Origin: Octopus sinensis | Taxonomy: Eukaryota | DNA: 64,000 nt | Direction: 5' to 3' | Assembly: GCF_006345805.1 (NCBI RefSeq) | Contig: NW_021831836.1 | Span: 565-64,564 of the forward strand | In this document: in pieces, positions 51,521 through 63,290 of the stretch | Numbering within the stretch: position 1 is the stretch's first letter | Layout: each line of letters begins with the position of its first letter | The notes under the pieces: generated by a model | What the model was told of the DNA's origin: nothing | The model's database searches: none | The model's input: the letters and a program-made list of their open reading frames with translations, nothing else | Translations under genes and position numbers: made by a program

Positions 51521-52310
51521 TCTCTATATATAAACGGCAGTTTGTTTGTCTGTGTGTCTATCAGGTTGTACCCTCACCCTGACCACGGCTTTCAACCGTG
51601 ATGAAACTTGACACACACATAGCCCAATGTCATAATTCAAAACTAACGCAGTGAAAATTTTGAAAAGTCCCCCCAGTTCTGAAAAAAATCGATAAATTCG
51701 ACATGGGTCGAGAATCTAAGCCTTTTATATGCAACACATTTTCTACAGACTGTCTAGGGGACGCAACTCGACCTTTTTAACTCTCGGAACACATGGGGTA
51801 AGTATCCCAAAATGTATAAAAATGTACAAAAACGGCAAAAAAGCAGGCAGCAATGTGAGTGACAACAACGAAAAAGTCAAAAGTGACCAAACTGAACAAA
51901 CAAATGGAAAAGGTTTTTTTGGTGCACACGACAAAAGCGGTTTATAATAAACCAAGAGTTTGCAAGTAGCGTCCGAGGACCCTTAGGGTATGTCAAAAAT
52001 TTAAAGTAAAACGTTTGGGGTGGTAGTTATAAAGAAAGTGTAAACAAAAAAAGTATTCGAATAACTTGCGGCTGCAGCAGCTATTAGCAGAAGTGCTATT
52101 GGAGCTAAAGTCTCAAATGTAATTTCTTCCTGGTAGAAATTGGTTGGGTTGAATTATCGATAGCTGTTTGATAGTTATTTGGGAGTGAAGAGAAGACATT
52201 GCAACCTACACATGCGCCTTCGTTCCCTAGAGGGAAAGGACTAGATTGGGATTAGTCGTTGCCTACTAGGGGCTCTTACATACCCGGGCAACGCCGGGCT
52301 ATGCTGCTAG
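51521..52310 (+). mobile_element. Non-autonomous Helitron (family 1), complete
   Basis: A|TCTCTATATATAAACGG...CCCGGGCAACGCCGGG...CTAG|T. Confidence 0.92.
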
Positions 52311-52516
52311 TATTTACTATATACCAAACCAGAACTTGCCACCATTTATTATCTGGTCTCCCAATAAGGTAAAAGCTGATCATTTAAGTCAAACAATCTC
52401 CACCACCCATGTATATTTACTATATACCAAACCAGAAATTGCCACCATTTATTATCTGGTCTCCCAATAAGGTAAAAGCTGATCATTTAAGTCAAACAAT
52501 CTCCACCACCCATGTA
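52311..52516. repeat. 103-bp tandem duplication abutting the Helitron 3' end
   Basis: tatttactatataccaaacc...ccacccatgta starts at 52311 and 52414; one substitution between copies. Confidence 0.92.
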
Positions 52517-52599
52517 CTTGTTATAATCAAGGTTCACAAATGGGGTGCCATTTTCATTCACATGTAGTAACACACAGGTAGATATAAATTGATTTGCTA

Positions 52600-53871
52600 A
52601 CAAATTTCTTTTCTGCCATTGGATTATTTCACCTTTTTTTTTTTAATTTTGCTTATCTTATTTCCAACAACATCTCTTTCCTACTTGCAAGTTCTGTAGC
52701 ACATTTTGTCACAACTTCTAAATTCACTGCTCTGGTTATGGTATGGGAATGATAAATTCCAAGCCAAATCATTCCCTAGGCCATGCTGGCTTACAATATT
52801 GTCCCCATATAAAATTGAATCCCTAACAGTACCCAGTATTGACTTCACAAATCTTCCAAACTTTGGTCCCCCATTTTGTGGGTTTTCCAGGCATGTACTG
52901 TCAGAAGCATACTTGACCTTTATATCCCATCAAACCCTCATTGATGGATATGTTTGTGCAATATTTTATATACATGTTGAATGCAGTCAATGAGAAGTCT
53001 TATTTTAAATAAGGGATCAAAATTTGGATCTCCACATACTAATGTACTGCTAGTGCCTCTTACATGTAGTTACTGTGATAATTTTATAAATCTTGTCCAT
53101 GTCATAATACTGGAAATGTACTGATCTTTAAAAGGTCTGTTGCTGCTCTAGTAGTTCATTATTCTGGGTAACTTTTTTGCAAAAAATGCTCAGCAAATGA
53201 GAGACCACAAATTATCTTTTTTATCTCTTTTTTTATATTCTCCATAATGGTTTGTTTCTGCAACAATTATTTCAAACAAAGAGACAAAAGTAATAAAAAA
53301 TATAGTCAATGGTTTTTTTTCTTGAGAAAGACTGTGACTAGGTCTAGTCTCTTCAGAAAAACCAGTAAGGAAAACAGTTCTTAAACTTTTACTCCATTCA
53401 GGTACAAATCCATTTTCTTTGTTGCTGTCTTGAGTTAGCCTTAGAATCACTGGTTTCACTTTTGGAAATAGAAATGTTTGACTTACGATCACACACCATG
53501 TGGTTTTTATGTTCACTGTTCATTTTGCTTGATTTTTCCATGTCTTCAGTCAAAAATCCTTCAAATTCTTATTCACTACTTGACAACTTGAAACTGGTGT
53601 CCATTTTTCATAAGCAATAAAAATTTTCAAAAAATCGATGTAGAAAACATGTGGGGAAAAAATCTCCAAAAATTGATAGATATGCCAAATTATGTTGGAT
53701 ATTGTATGTTTATGTTGTAAAACCATGTGTTTTCATGAATGTACTAACAAGATTTGCCCTAAAATTCTCATTTAAATAACTTGGTTATTTCAGCTGTTTT
53801 CAGGCAAATCAGTAACATAAGCCAAAAAAATTCTTGGACAACCGTGGCTGGGTTGGTAACAAAAGGGTTAA
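52600..53871 (-). mobile_element. piggyBac transposon remnant
   Basis: Minus strand INEGLMGYKG...QYMPGKPTKWG..WKICEVNTGY and LFEIIVAETNHY (piggyBac DDE motifs); TTAA-CCC terminus at 53865-53871. Confidence 0.78.
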
Positions 53872-54253
53872 GGACGTTTCCTCTTTTAATGATAATAAAC
53901 TCTGGTACAATAAGAATATCCTTGTTTCCAGAGAAAGTAAGTTTCCTAAATTTCTTTACTCATTCAGTTTTCATTCAAATTCTAGTGATATTATTAACTC
54001 TGTTCTGAGCCCTTGTTAGGCTATTGAAGTCCAGGAACTTGTAAAGTGTATCACCAAGGAAGACCATTATCTTTTCATGTTGCTGGTGGTACCAGCATAT
54101 GCAGTTCATATGAAATTTTAAGTTTTACTTTTCTGCTGTCTAGCTTTCCCGTTCTTATTCAAATTTCAGATTTCTCTTGCAGCCAAATTGTGTTAAAGAA
54201 TTTGTGAATTAACTTCAAAGAAATATCTTTAAAATAATTTTTAATTTTGCCAG

Positions 54254-54345
54254 TTGAAGAAAATACACAGGCTCTTGATTTTCCATTACATGAAGCTGCT
54301 CGACGAGGAAATTTGAACTTTCTCACAGAATGCATAGCAAATGGT
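54254..54345 (+). CDS. OSTF1: OSTF1 exon, ankyrin repeat 1: (V)EENTQALDFPLHEAARRGNLNFLTECIANG
   Basis: ttgccag|TTGAAG...AATGGT|gtaagt, 92 nt, phase 1 to 0; PLHEAA.RGN motif. Confidence 0.95.
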
Positions 54346-56229
54346 GTAAGTTGGATATTATATAATGTTTAAAATGTTTCAGATGAATGGTAATTTAATA
54401 TCTTGCATATCACTATTCAAATTATGTTTTTACAATACATCAGTACATGAAATTTATTTTTTGTTTTTTGGCAACTATGAAAATCTTGTCGCAATGTTTG
54501 ATTGTTTGTCAACTCTGAAAGTGGAAATGATATTTATCTTACAATTACAAACCAGGTGGCAAGGAGATGTAATATGATTTTGCCAAGTGATAATTTTACT
54601 TGCATTTGTGTAGGTGTGATCTGTGAGATATTGGTTGAAGAATTGAATCCTCTAACAAAAATTATGTGTTAAAAGCATGGTAGCTCTGGTTTGCATAGTA
54701 ATTCACTAATTTATAGACAATTTAGGAACACTTTAGTTTCATCAAAATAATGATGTCTACATTTATTTTTAACCTATTTTTGTACACTGAATGTGAAAGG
54801 TTTCGCTGCATAATTCTAATGTAGAGGAATTTTTTAACAATAAATGTACAAATCTTTATTTTGATCATTGCTGTTGTTTGTGCTTATATTAAAATAGTTT
54901 TATCAATATTCCTTTGCTAAAATGCAAAGTGGCTGTTTAGCTATGGTGTTAGTTCAAAGGTTGTAAGCTTGAATTTATGAAGGTTTTGTGTTTTATGTGG
55001 GCACTAAGTAGTTCACTTGGAAATAGATATCATCTGGGAATATGATGAGATAGATCAGCATTGAATACAAAACAAGATGTTCCCATACCCATCTCCATGT
55101 TTATAGCAACTGTAGAAGTGATTAAGAGAAGCAGAAGCTAGTAGAGTGATAAAATGTGAGAGAAGGTATAAAAAAAAGTATTGAGACAAAAAAATATGAA
55201 ATTGAGACAATAAAAAAGAATAGCAGAAAATACACACACACACACATACCCCTATTGCATATATAAAGGAAGTATAAGAAAATGAGTGTGAAGATGTATG
55301 TGGTAATTAAGATTATAAGCCTAAAACTGCATGTTTAATGCATCCAACTCTGAATATACTAGTTTAATGGTAATAAGGGATAACACTGAATACAAGCACA
55401 TTAATATAGAGGACTATTCATTCCTCTGTTTAATGAATACTAGCCCCTATAATTTTTGCCATTAATGCAATGACTGAAAGTTTTAAATGGTAAAAGGCGA
55501 AAGATTTATCCGCTCAGGGTGAGGAGAAATGAGAGTTTTAAATGGCGTCTATTGTCATAAACTAACTGCATGTTTCCTGATGTCAAGTTCCTTTCCTCAT
55601 ACATCAGGAAGAAAAGTTTATGAGAAGAAATAATTTTCTGTACTTTTCCAATCGTTGTCATGTTGCAATCATCTTAAACACAAATTATGTTACCTAGTTA
55701 GTAGAAACTATATATTGCTTGCCTCTGTCAGGAAATCTGAGCATTTTATAGAATCCCTTTCATAGGCGCTCTTATGGTTGACTATTCCTGTTCACATAGA
55801 ACATCTGAATCTTGGTTTTTGTCAGTTGCCTACGTGCATAATGTTTTTTATAACGATAAAGTTTAGAGTTCCCTTTGATGCCTTTCCTACATATTTAGCT
55901 GGATCCATTTCCTATGTAACTCAAATATATTTTGCTACTTGTAATCACTCTGCACTTATGTTTTACCATTTTTACTGTGGTGTTTTTGGACTTAAAAATA
56001 GTCATCCAGTTTTTGACATTTTCTATCGCATAACATTTTCCAAGTGCATGAAGTGTAACGTTAATTAATCCATGCTTATAAACAACTCATTAACCATAGG
56101 CTGCAAAAATAAGGAGCAGTTATTGATCAATAGCTATTTCTGTATGTTGTCTATTGAGAAAATGTGGCAGGGGTGTTCTGGAGATTTGCAATTCTAAGAT
56201 GGAGATATGTGTGTGTGTGCACAAGTATA

Positions 56230-56268
<39 letters not shown>

Positions 56269-56269
56269 T

Positions 56270-56460
56270 ATATATCATCATTATCTTCATCATCATCGTT
56301 TAGCATCTGCTTTCCATGCTGGCATGGGTTGGACGGTTCAACTGGGGTCTGGGAAGCCAGAAGGGTACACCAGGCCCAGTTTGATCTGGCAGTGTTTCTA
56401 TGGCTGGATGCCCTTCCTAACGCCAACCACTCCATGAGTGTAGTGGGTGCATTTTACGTG
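56270..56460 (-). mobile_element. RTE-tail SINE copy
   Basis: catcatcgtttagcatctgctttccatgctggcatgggttgg...ctggatgcccttcctaacgccaacc. Confidence 0.75.
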
Positions 56461-56462
56461 CC

Positions 56463-56517
<55 letters not shown>

Positions 56518-56756
56518 TCATCATTTGGAGAAAAGTTTTTTCTCAAAGAGTTAAGATTGAGAAAAGAACCTTTTTAGAAATGCTGGTGCGTTTATGCCCC
56601 TGTAACTTAGCAGTTTGGCAAAAGAATAAGTCCTGTCATCAATTTGCTCGACTAAAGGTAGTGCTCCAGCATAGCTGCAGTCAAATGACTGAAACAAGTA
56701 AAAGAATAAAAGCATATATACATATATTTGGAGCGTTTTGGAAATTCTTTGATATA

Positions 56757-56897
56757 TAAGGTTGTCCCAAAAGTTCATAGAAAGTCTTGGAAAATAATAG
56801 TCTGTATTTTGAGGAATAATTTTTGTTGTTTTTGTTAGTACTTGGCGAGTAAAAATTCAATTTTTGCAAGTGTTTACGAACTTTTGGGACAACCTAA
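56757..56897. mobile_element. mariner-type MITE
   Basis: TIRs aggttgtcccaaaagttc / gaacttttgggacaacct with flanking TA. Confidence 0.8.
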
Positions 56898-57029
56898 TAG
56901 TTATAATATTTGGAGAGAAGACTTTTTCTCAAAGAGTTAAGATTGAGAAAAGAACCTTTTTAGAAAGTCAAAAGACACTAACTTTTGGGAAGAGATTTCA
57001 CAAAATGTGTGTGGCTTTTGCTTTTATAG

Positions 57030-57650
57030 ATGTGCAAGCGCTTTCAGTTCTTAACATTTTCAAGCACATGTTATTACATATAGTCGAAGTTGTTTTCAGT
57101 AAAATTGTTGTTGACTATTTCCAGTTTAGTTTCTGACTCCGAAATATACTTTTGCCTTCCGGAGAAGGTCGTTCTCTTCATTTGTTTAAGAAGAGGGAAA
57201 ATTGTAAATTTTCCTTGTGCACAGGTGTCCAAATAATTGCTGCATGGTATGCATCTAAGTGCGGGATGTTTTATTTGATGGCTGTGCACCTGGTTGGTTA
57301 GTTTCGTTTTTGTTTCCCCAATATAATGTTCGTTGCATTGTGAGCATGTGATACAATATACCAGGTTTTTGCTTTTACAGTTCATATTTGTATTCACCTT
57401 TAATTTTTTCCATTCTTAAATTTTTTGGCCGGTCCCTATTCTATTAAATCACATGTCCCACATCAGGGGCCTTCACATTTGGTAACTTGCATCATTTCTT
57501 CCTCTGATGCAAATTTTGCTTTGGTTAGAAGTTTCTTAAGATTTGGTGGGTGTGTTCCTTTTTGTATGGGAAGGATGGCAAAATCTGAAGTTTAAATATT
57601 GGCGTGTGTCTGTGTTTTTGTGATAGAGGTTAGTTGTTATAATCTCATTC
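57030..57650 (-). mobile_element. Second PLE family remnant: GIY-YIG end plus decayed hammerhead
   Basis: NCKSKNLVYCITCSQCNEHYIGET (GIY-YIG with Cys pair); hammerhead-like motif at 57030-57069 just downstream. Confidence 0.8.
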
Positions 57651-57984
57651 TTTTTAATTATTAAGATGTCAAGGAAGGGGAGTTCCCTTTTATTCATTTT
57701 CATAGTGAATTGGATTGATCCATGGACGCTATTTATTATTCCACTTCATGTTCTCTACCTCTTCCCCTTAAAATTTACTTCTCTTTGTATAATATTCTTC
57801 TCATGGCTTTTTATTTTCTCTCTCCCCACTCCTTCTACATCTACAATAACTCTGTCCCTTATTAATCAGCTCACTCTGTCTTTATCTAATTTCTTGATGT
57901 GAAGATTTGTCAGGAATTGCATTTGCCATTCAGCCTTAGGTATTCATGTATCAGGGTTCATATCTGTCGATAATATTTGCATAG

Positions 57985-58320
57985 AGGCACAGGCATGGCT
58001 ATGCGGCAAGATGTTTGCTTCCCAACCACATGGTTCCAGGCTGACCAAAACCATGTGACTGAAAGAAGCCTGTTGTATATATGTATGTGTATATTTCTAT
58101 GCATGTGTGTCATTGTGTTTGTCCCCACCTCCACTGTTTGATGACCAGTGTTGGTTTGTTTACATTCCTGTTACTTAGTGGTTCAGCATAAGAGACCGAC
58201 AGAATAAGTATCAGGCTTGAAAAAAAAATTTATGAAGTCAGTTTATTCATCTAAAAGAACCTTCAAGGTGGTGCCTCAGCATGGTTGCAGCCCAATGACT
58301 TGAACAAGTAAAATATAAAA
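57985..58320 (+). mobile_element. tRNA-derived SINE (internally deleted)
   Basis: ggcacaggcatggctatgcggcaag head and aggtggtgcctcagcatgg...aacaagtaaaa tail, as in 4395-4805. Confidence 0.72.
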
Positions 58321-58777
58321 GTTAAAAGAAAGATTAAATGCTTTTTAGTCATTTTAACTCATTTTGTTCACCTGTTTGCATAGGTATTACAATATCAAAC
58401 ATTCACTGAATATTTGATAGATATATGTTATATAAATGCATTCCTTACACCTATAATTGTTTGTCCATCTTTCATGATTGATATCTGCTTGAACTTTGTC
58501 TTTCTTCTAGCCTACTCATCTGCTTCTAGAGTAATCTGTCCAAATTAAGAAGTTGGAATTTAAGAATTGGTGCCTGTCTATTCTACACTTTCACAAGCAT
58601 ATTTATGCCCCTGTGTGTATGTGTGTGTACTCACACATTAACTTCTTTAAATTTAAAAACATTGCATAAAATAAATATTTATACAACTCTATTTTTTCCA
58701 TGTGTATGTTATATATAAATATGTATATCTTCTAAAAACTGTTACATTGATTCTGTATTTATATTTCAACAATAAAG

Positions 58778-58897
58778 GTTTCTGTAAATTCCTTGGATAA
58801 AGCTGGATGTACTCCACTTCATTGGGCTGCTCATGGTGGACATTCTCATTGCATGGAGTCACTTCTTAATGTCAGCAACATAGAAATTAACGTTCAG
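58778..58897 (+). CDS. OSTF1: OSTF1 exon, ankyrin repeat 2: VSVNSLDKAGCTPLHWAAHGGHSHCMESLLNVSNIEINVQ
   Basis: aataaag|GTTTCT...GTTCAG|gtttgt, 120 nt, phase 0 to 0; LDKAG.T.L.WA.HGGH motif. Not in the ORF track; translated by hand. Confidence 0.93.
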
Positions 58898-59959
58898 GTT
58901 TGTTGATTAAAAGATTATTTTTGCTCTAAAGAATTCTTTCTAGTTTCCTATTATTTATATAGAAATATCTTTCAATAAAGATGTATCTGTTATCCATAAC
59001 ATAGGTTTCTGTGTTTCTGTCAGTAAACTTCATAGTGGGACATCTAGTCATGTCAGGAAGATGCTGTTGATGATGATGATGTTGATGATTTTAAGGGTCT
59101 TAGCATGCTCATTGCTCACTTACCTTCAGTAGCAGATCATTTGTGAAATTCCCCTAACTCTCACTGCCTCACATAAGATCTTGTATGCTCATTATATTAC
59201 CGGTATAAAACTCGCACATGGTCTTCAAAGCTTCGTGGAAGCCTACAAGAACTATAAGCTAAGCAAATTTATTTATTTAATTTACTATATTTTCTTTTTT
59301 TCTTCAGCCTTTGCTCCCCTTAAACATGTGACTGTTTAATTGTTAAATTTGGTTAAATTTTCTCTCTCTTCCTTTCTTTCCTTATGTAGTTGAATGGATA
59401 TAATCTCTCCATTTTCTATCGATAGGTGAATAACTTCCTATCAAATTTTAGTTCTCTCTTTTCCTCTCTGATATTATGGATAATAGATATATCTCTATTG
59501 AAAGACAAATAATTTCCAACTTCGGTCAGTAAACTTTATAGTAATGTAATCTCAACTGAATCCCTTTTTCATTCCCTTTTTCACTCCCACTACCACCACC
59601 ACCACCACCACCACCACCACTGCAAAGGTGACTTGAGTCCATGTGCACATACTGATTGCTTATGCATGCTTGTTTTCCCAATCATGAGCATATACATAAA
59701 CTATGGATATATATCTGTGCACTTATTTGTAATGTATGTGTATGTAAATTTACATTTATTTGCATGTAAGTGTATTCCCACAAAGGTTTTCTGGGACTGA
59801 GGGAAACTGGAACTGCAATCATAACATTACTTTTCACACTAGGCACAAGGACCAGCTGCCTCCTGGCATGTGACCCCAAAAATCTTTTTCTGTTCAGAAG
59901 CTGAAAACATCCCCCCAACCTTCTTCCTAGGTCTACAAACTCAGATCTGCCACAGTCAA

Positions 59960-61320
59960 CATTGGCACAATGAAAGGGAGGTCTGGAGAAATTTGAAATG
60001 CTTGAGCAGTGACATGAAGATGTATACTGTGTGCAAGAGATACAATGGAGGGAAATCTCAGCTTGACAGCTTACAGACAGATATAAATACAAGTTTTTTC
60101 TGGGTAGGCAGCAGTGATGGTCTAGGTAGCATGAATATTTTACTCGCAGAGAAATAGGTACACAAGGTGATTGAGGTAGTCAGAGTATGTCAGGATTATT
60201 AAGCTAAGAATAGCCTTTTCATTGTAACAGTGTCAGTTATCTCTGTTTGTGCTCTGCACACTGGACTTGTAGGTACTCAGAAGGACCACTTCTACAAGTC
60301 CTTTCTGAGGAGTACCTCGATGGTGAAACATAACAGTGTTCTCATTGTGGCAGGAGACTTCAGTGGACATGTTGGAAGACACCCCGATAGATTTCAGGGT
60401 GTAAATGGACGCTATGGCTTTGGATCTAGAAATGAGTAAACAAGTCTGCTGGAGTTTTGTAATGCTCATAGCTTATTAGTCTACAACACAAAATTCAGGA
60501 AAGCTGCCAACCATTTGATCACTTATCAATCTGGTGGTCACACTATCCAGATTGACTACATCCTCACCAGACACAGAGACAGGTGTATACTTGCAAATGC
60601 AAAATCTTTCCCAATTGAAGAATGTACAACTCAACATAAGCTAGCGGTTTATAACTTCAGGTTTAGGGCCAGAAGAATTCAGACACAAGCCAATATAGAA
60701 AAAGAGGTTGCGGAAGCTCAAGGATCTTGAGTAGAGATTTAGAGATGTTCTTAATGAAGCCTTTGATTTGATGGAAGAAGTGATTGAGACATATAATGTA
60801 GTGGGCAACAGGAAATTCCTACAAGACAATCTACTGAGGGTGACAGACCAAATCTGTTGTTAGAGCAAAGCCTCTGCCAGACCAAGGGTGACATGGTGGT
60901 GGAACAGTGATGTTGACAGGGCCATAACAGAGAAGGTCTGGAAAGGATGGAAAAGTAGGGGTGTCATATCTGAATCATATCTGAAAACTAAAAAGGAAGC
61001 TAGATATCAGGTTTATCTAACTAGTGCAGAAAACAGAAAGGAAGAGGTTTGCCAGTGTCCTACAGCACGAGGATTAGAGACTTGGGGTGTTCTGGATTGT
61101 TAGATAGTGTCAGAGAGAAACAAGGTGTTGTGGAAGAGAAATGTGTATGGCTGGATAATTGTATTCTTGCACTTAGAGATTCAGACAAGAAAGTGCTGTG
61201 GAGTTACTATGCAAGGCTATTGAATGTGGAGAATGAATGAGATAAAGGGATTCTTCCTCATAAACCCAACAGATGTTGAAGTAGTTTGTTGATGGAGAGA
61301 TAGGGTGGGAATAGCCTGAA
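59960..61320 (+). mobile_element. Degenerate RTE LINE (endonuclease region)
   Basis: VAGDFSGHVG, YQSGGHTIQIDYILTR, TWWWN motifs with many stops. Confidence 0.85.
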
Positions 61321-62668
61321 GAGTTGAAATGGTGAGTCACATGATTGGATATTGAGTAGGTGTTCCAGCATGACATTCTTGTTCACTAACCAACTGGGGT
61401 AGCAAGGTTTTTGTATGGAGACATGGTTGCTACGAATGTAAAACTCAGTAACCTGTAAATGGCAAAGTCAGCCTTGGCATAAAGCAGTAGTTCTCAACGT
61501 TTTAATCATAGTTTAACTCTGAAGGGGATGTAAAAAATTTAGCAACATGTTTGTTATACCAGTAAGCCATGGATATAAGGGTTATAACACAATGCTTACT
61601 GCAAACAAAAACAGAGGAATAATTTGAATAATTTTTTTTTTGTTCAAAATAACTTTTAATTTAAATATAAAATAAAAAGGTACTAGGATTATTGATTTTC
61701 CAGAATGGGTCACAATGCTAAAGGTTGGGAACTGTTGGCATAAAAAGATATCTTTATTTGACATACCATTTTTGTTCCTTTCTTTATATAATCACAATTT
61801 CTCTCTCTCTCTCTCTCACAGACACACACACACCACACACACACTGGCTTCTGTATACTTTCCATCTACCAAATTTCATTCACATGGTTTTGGTAGACCT
61901 GAAATTATGTTTAAAAGAAACATGTCCAAAATGCTAAACTAGAGTCAAATTTGAAATGATGTGTTTGAGAAGTTAACTTTTTAACCACATAGCTGTACCT
62001 GTGGGTAAATTTTATTATTTGAGTGATCTAATTCATGCACATAACAAAGATAGAAAAAATTGCAAGAGTTTGTGTTTTGTCGATTAAAGTTCAATGGCAA
62101 ATGAAAAAGTATGAGGTATGATTTGACCACTTGTTTCAGTAATGTATCCAACCTAGATGAAAAACTTCATACTTTGATTTACTTCTGCTTAGTATATGGA
62201 TTTAATTTTACATTACATTGAAAATCATTCTAAAACTGTATTATATATCGGGTATCAAATTTAATTGTTCACATCCTATCAGTGTCCAGCATAAGTAAAC
62301 TTAGCTTTTCTACATATGAAAATAAAATAAATTTTAATATTTTAATAAATCAAGCTAAATGACACTTAACAGGGTGAAATTATATTTTCAATGTTTGGTT
62401 ATCATGTTCTTTTTCTGAATTATAACATTAGAATAACTTTACAACAAGAATAAATGAATATTTTTTTAGATGGAATTAACTTCTTTGCTTTATTGTATCA
62501 TACGTAATTATTTTATGTACTGTTTATTAAATCGAAATTTCTATGTGTTTACAAACTACTGCAGATATTTTGTATTTCATATCATCACCACTATTTTTCC
62601 TTTCCATTTTATCCTTTATTTTGGCTTGTTACAGATTAATCTTAAACAAATCTTTTTATCATAACCAG

Positions 62669-62747
62669 AATAAACTTGGTGATACACCACTTCACTCAGC
62701 TGCATGGAAAAGGCATATTACAGCTGTGAAAATGTTATTGGACAAAG
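62669..62747 (+). CDS. OSTF1: OSTF1 exon, ankyrin repeat 3: NKLGDTPLHSAAWKRHITAVKMLLDK(G)
   Basis: aaccag|AATAAA...GACAAAG|gtttgt, 79 nt, phase 0 to 1; NKLGDT.LH.AAWK motif. Confidence 0.93.
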
Positions 62748-62799
62748 GTTTGTTGATGTCTTTTTTAATAATATTTTTGCAGAACATTATAAATAAATG

Positions 62800-63290
62800 G
62801 TAGGAACTCCATATGGTGTACCCAGTGCAAGCTATGGTCACATAAGAGGTGCATTGGTATTACAGAAAGGTTAACAGAAAGTAGTCTTTGTGTTTGGAAG
62901 ATGTGCAGTAAATATTGAAGGATGCACAGATACTATACTTCTTCAAATGTATGGTGGTGGTGGGGGGGGAGTCCTTAGAAGTATGGATAACTTCTGTTGC
63001 CTAGGCAACCAAGTTAGTAGTGGAGGAGGAAGTTCTGAAAGTATGGTTGCTAGAATAAGAATTGGCTGAGCAAAGTTCAGAGAGCTACTGCCTTTGTTAG
63101 TTACAAATGTCCTCTCCCTCAGAGTAAAAGGCAGATTGTATGATGCCTGTGTACATATGTTGCAAGGCAATGAGACATTGGTTATGACTTCAGAGGACAT
63201 GCTAAGGCTTGAAAGAGGTGAAGCCAACATTTTCCACTGGATGGGTAATTTCAATGTGCATACATGACAGAGCATTATGTGTGTAAGAGA
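62800..63290 (+). mobile_element. Degenerate RTE LINE post-RT fragment
   Basis: Similar to 21230-21720 (ctccctcagagtaaaaggcagattgtatgatgcctgtgta). Confidence 0.75.

Noticed and set aside
55555-55625. Hairpin ttcctgatgt/acatcaggaa as a pre-miRNA or snoRNA
   Set aside because: Only 10 + 8 bp with a large asymmetric bulge; no clear C/D or H/ACA boxes.
187-56437. Dozens of listed ORFs rich in YI, HT, CV or MY
   Set aside because: They are translations of (TA)n, (CA)n and (TG)n tracts and have no protein features.
58960-59540. ~45-bp inverted repeat and short direct repeat as another ribozyme-bearing PLE end
   Set aside because: Too decayed; no CUGANGA core could be reconstructed.
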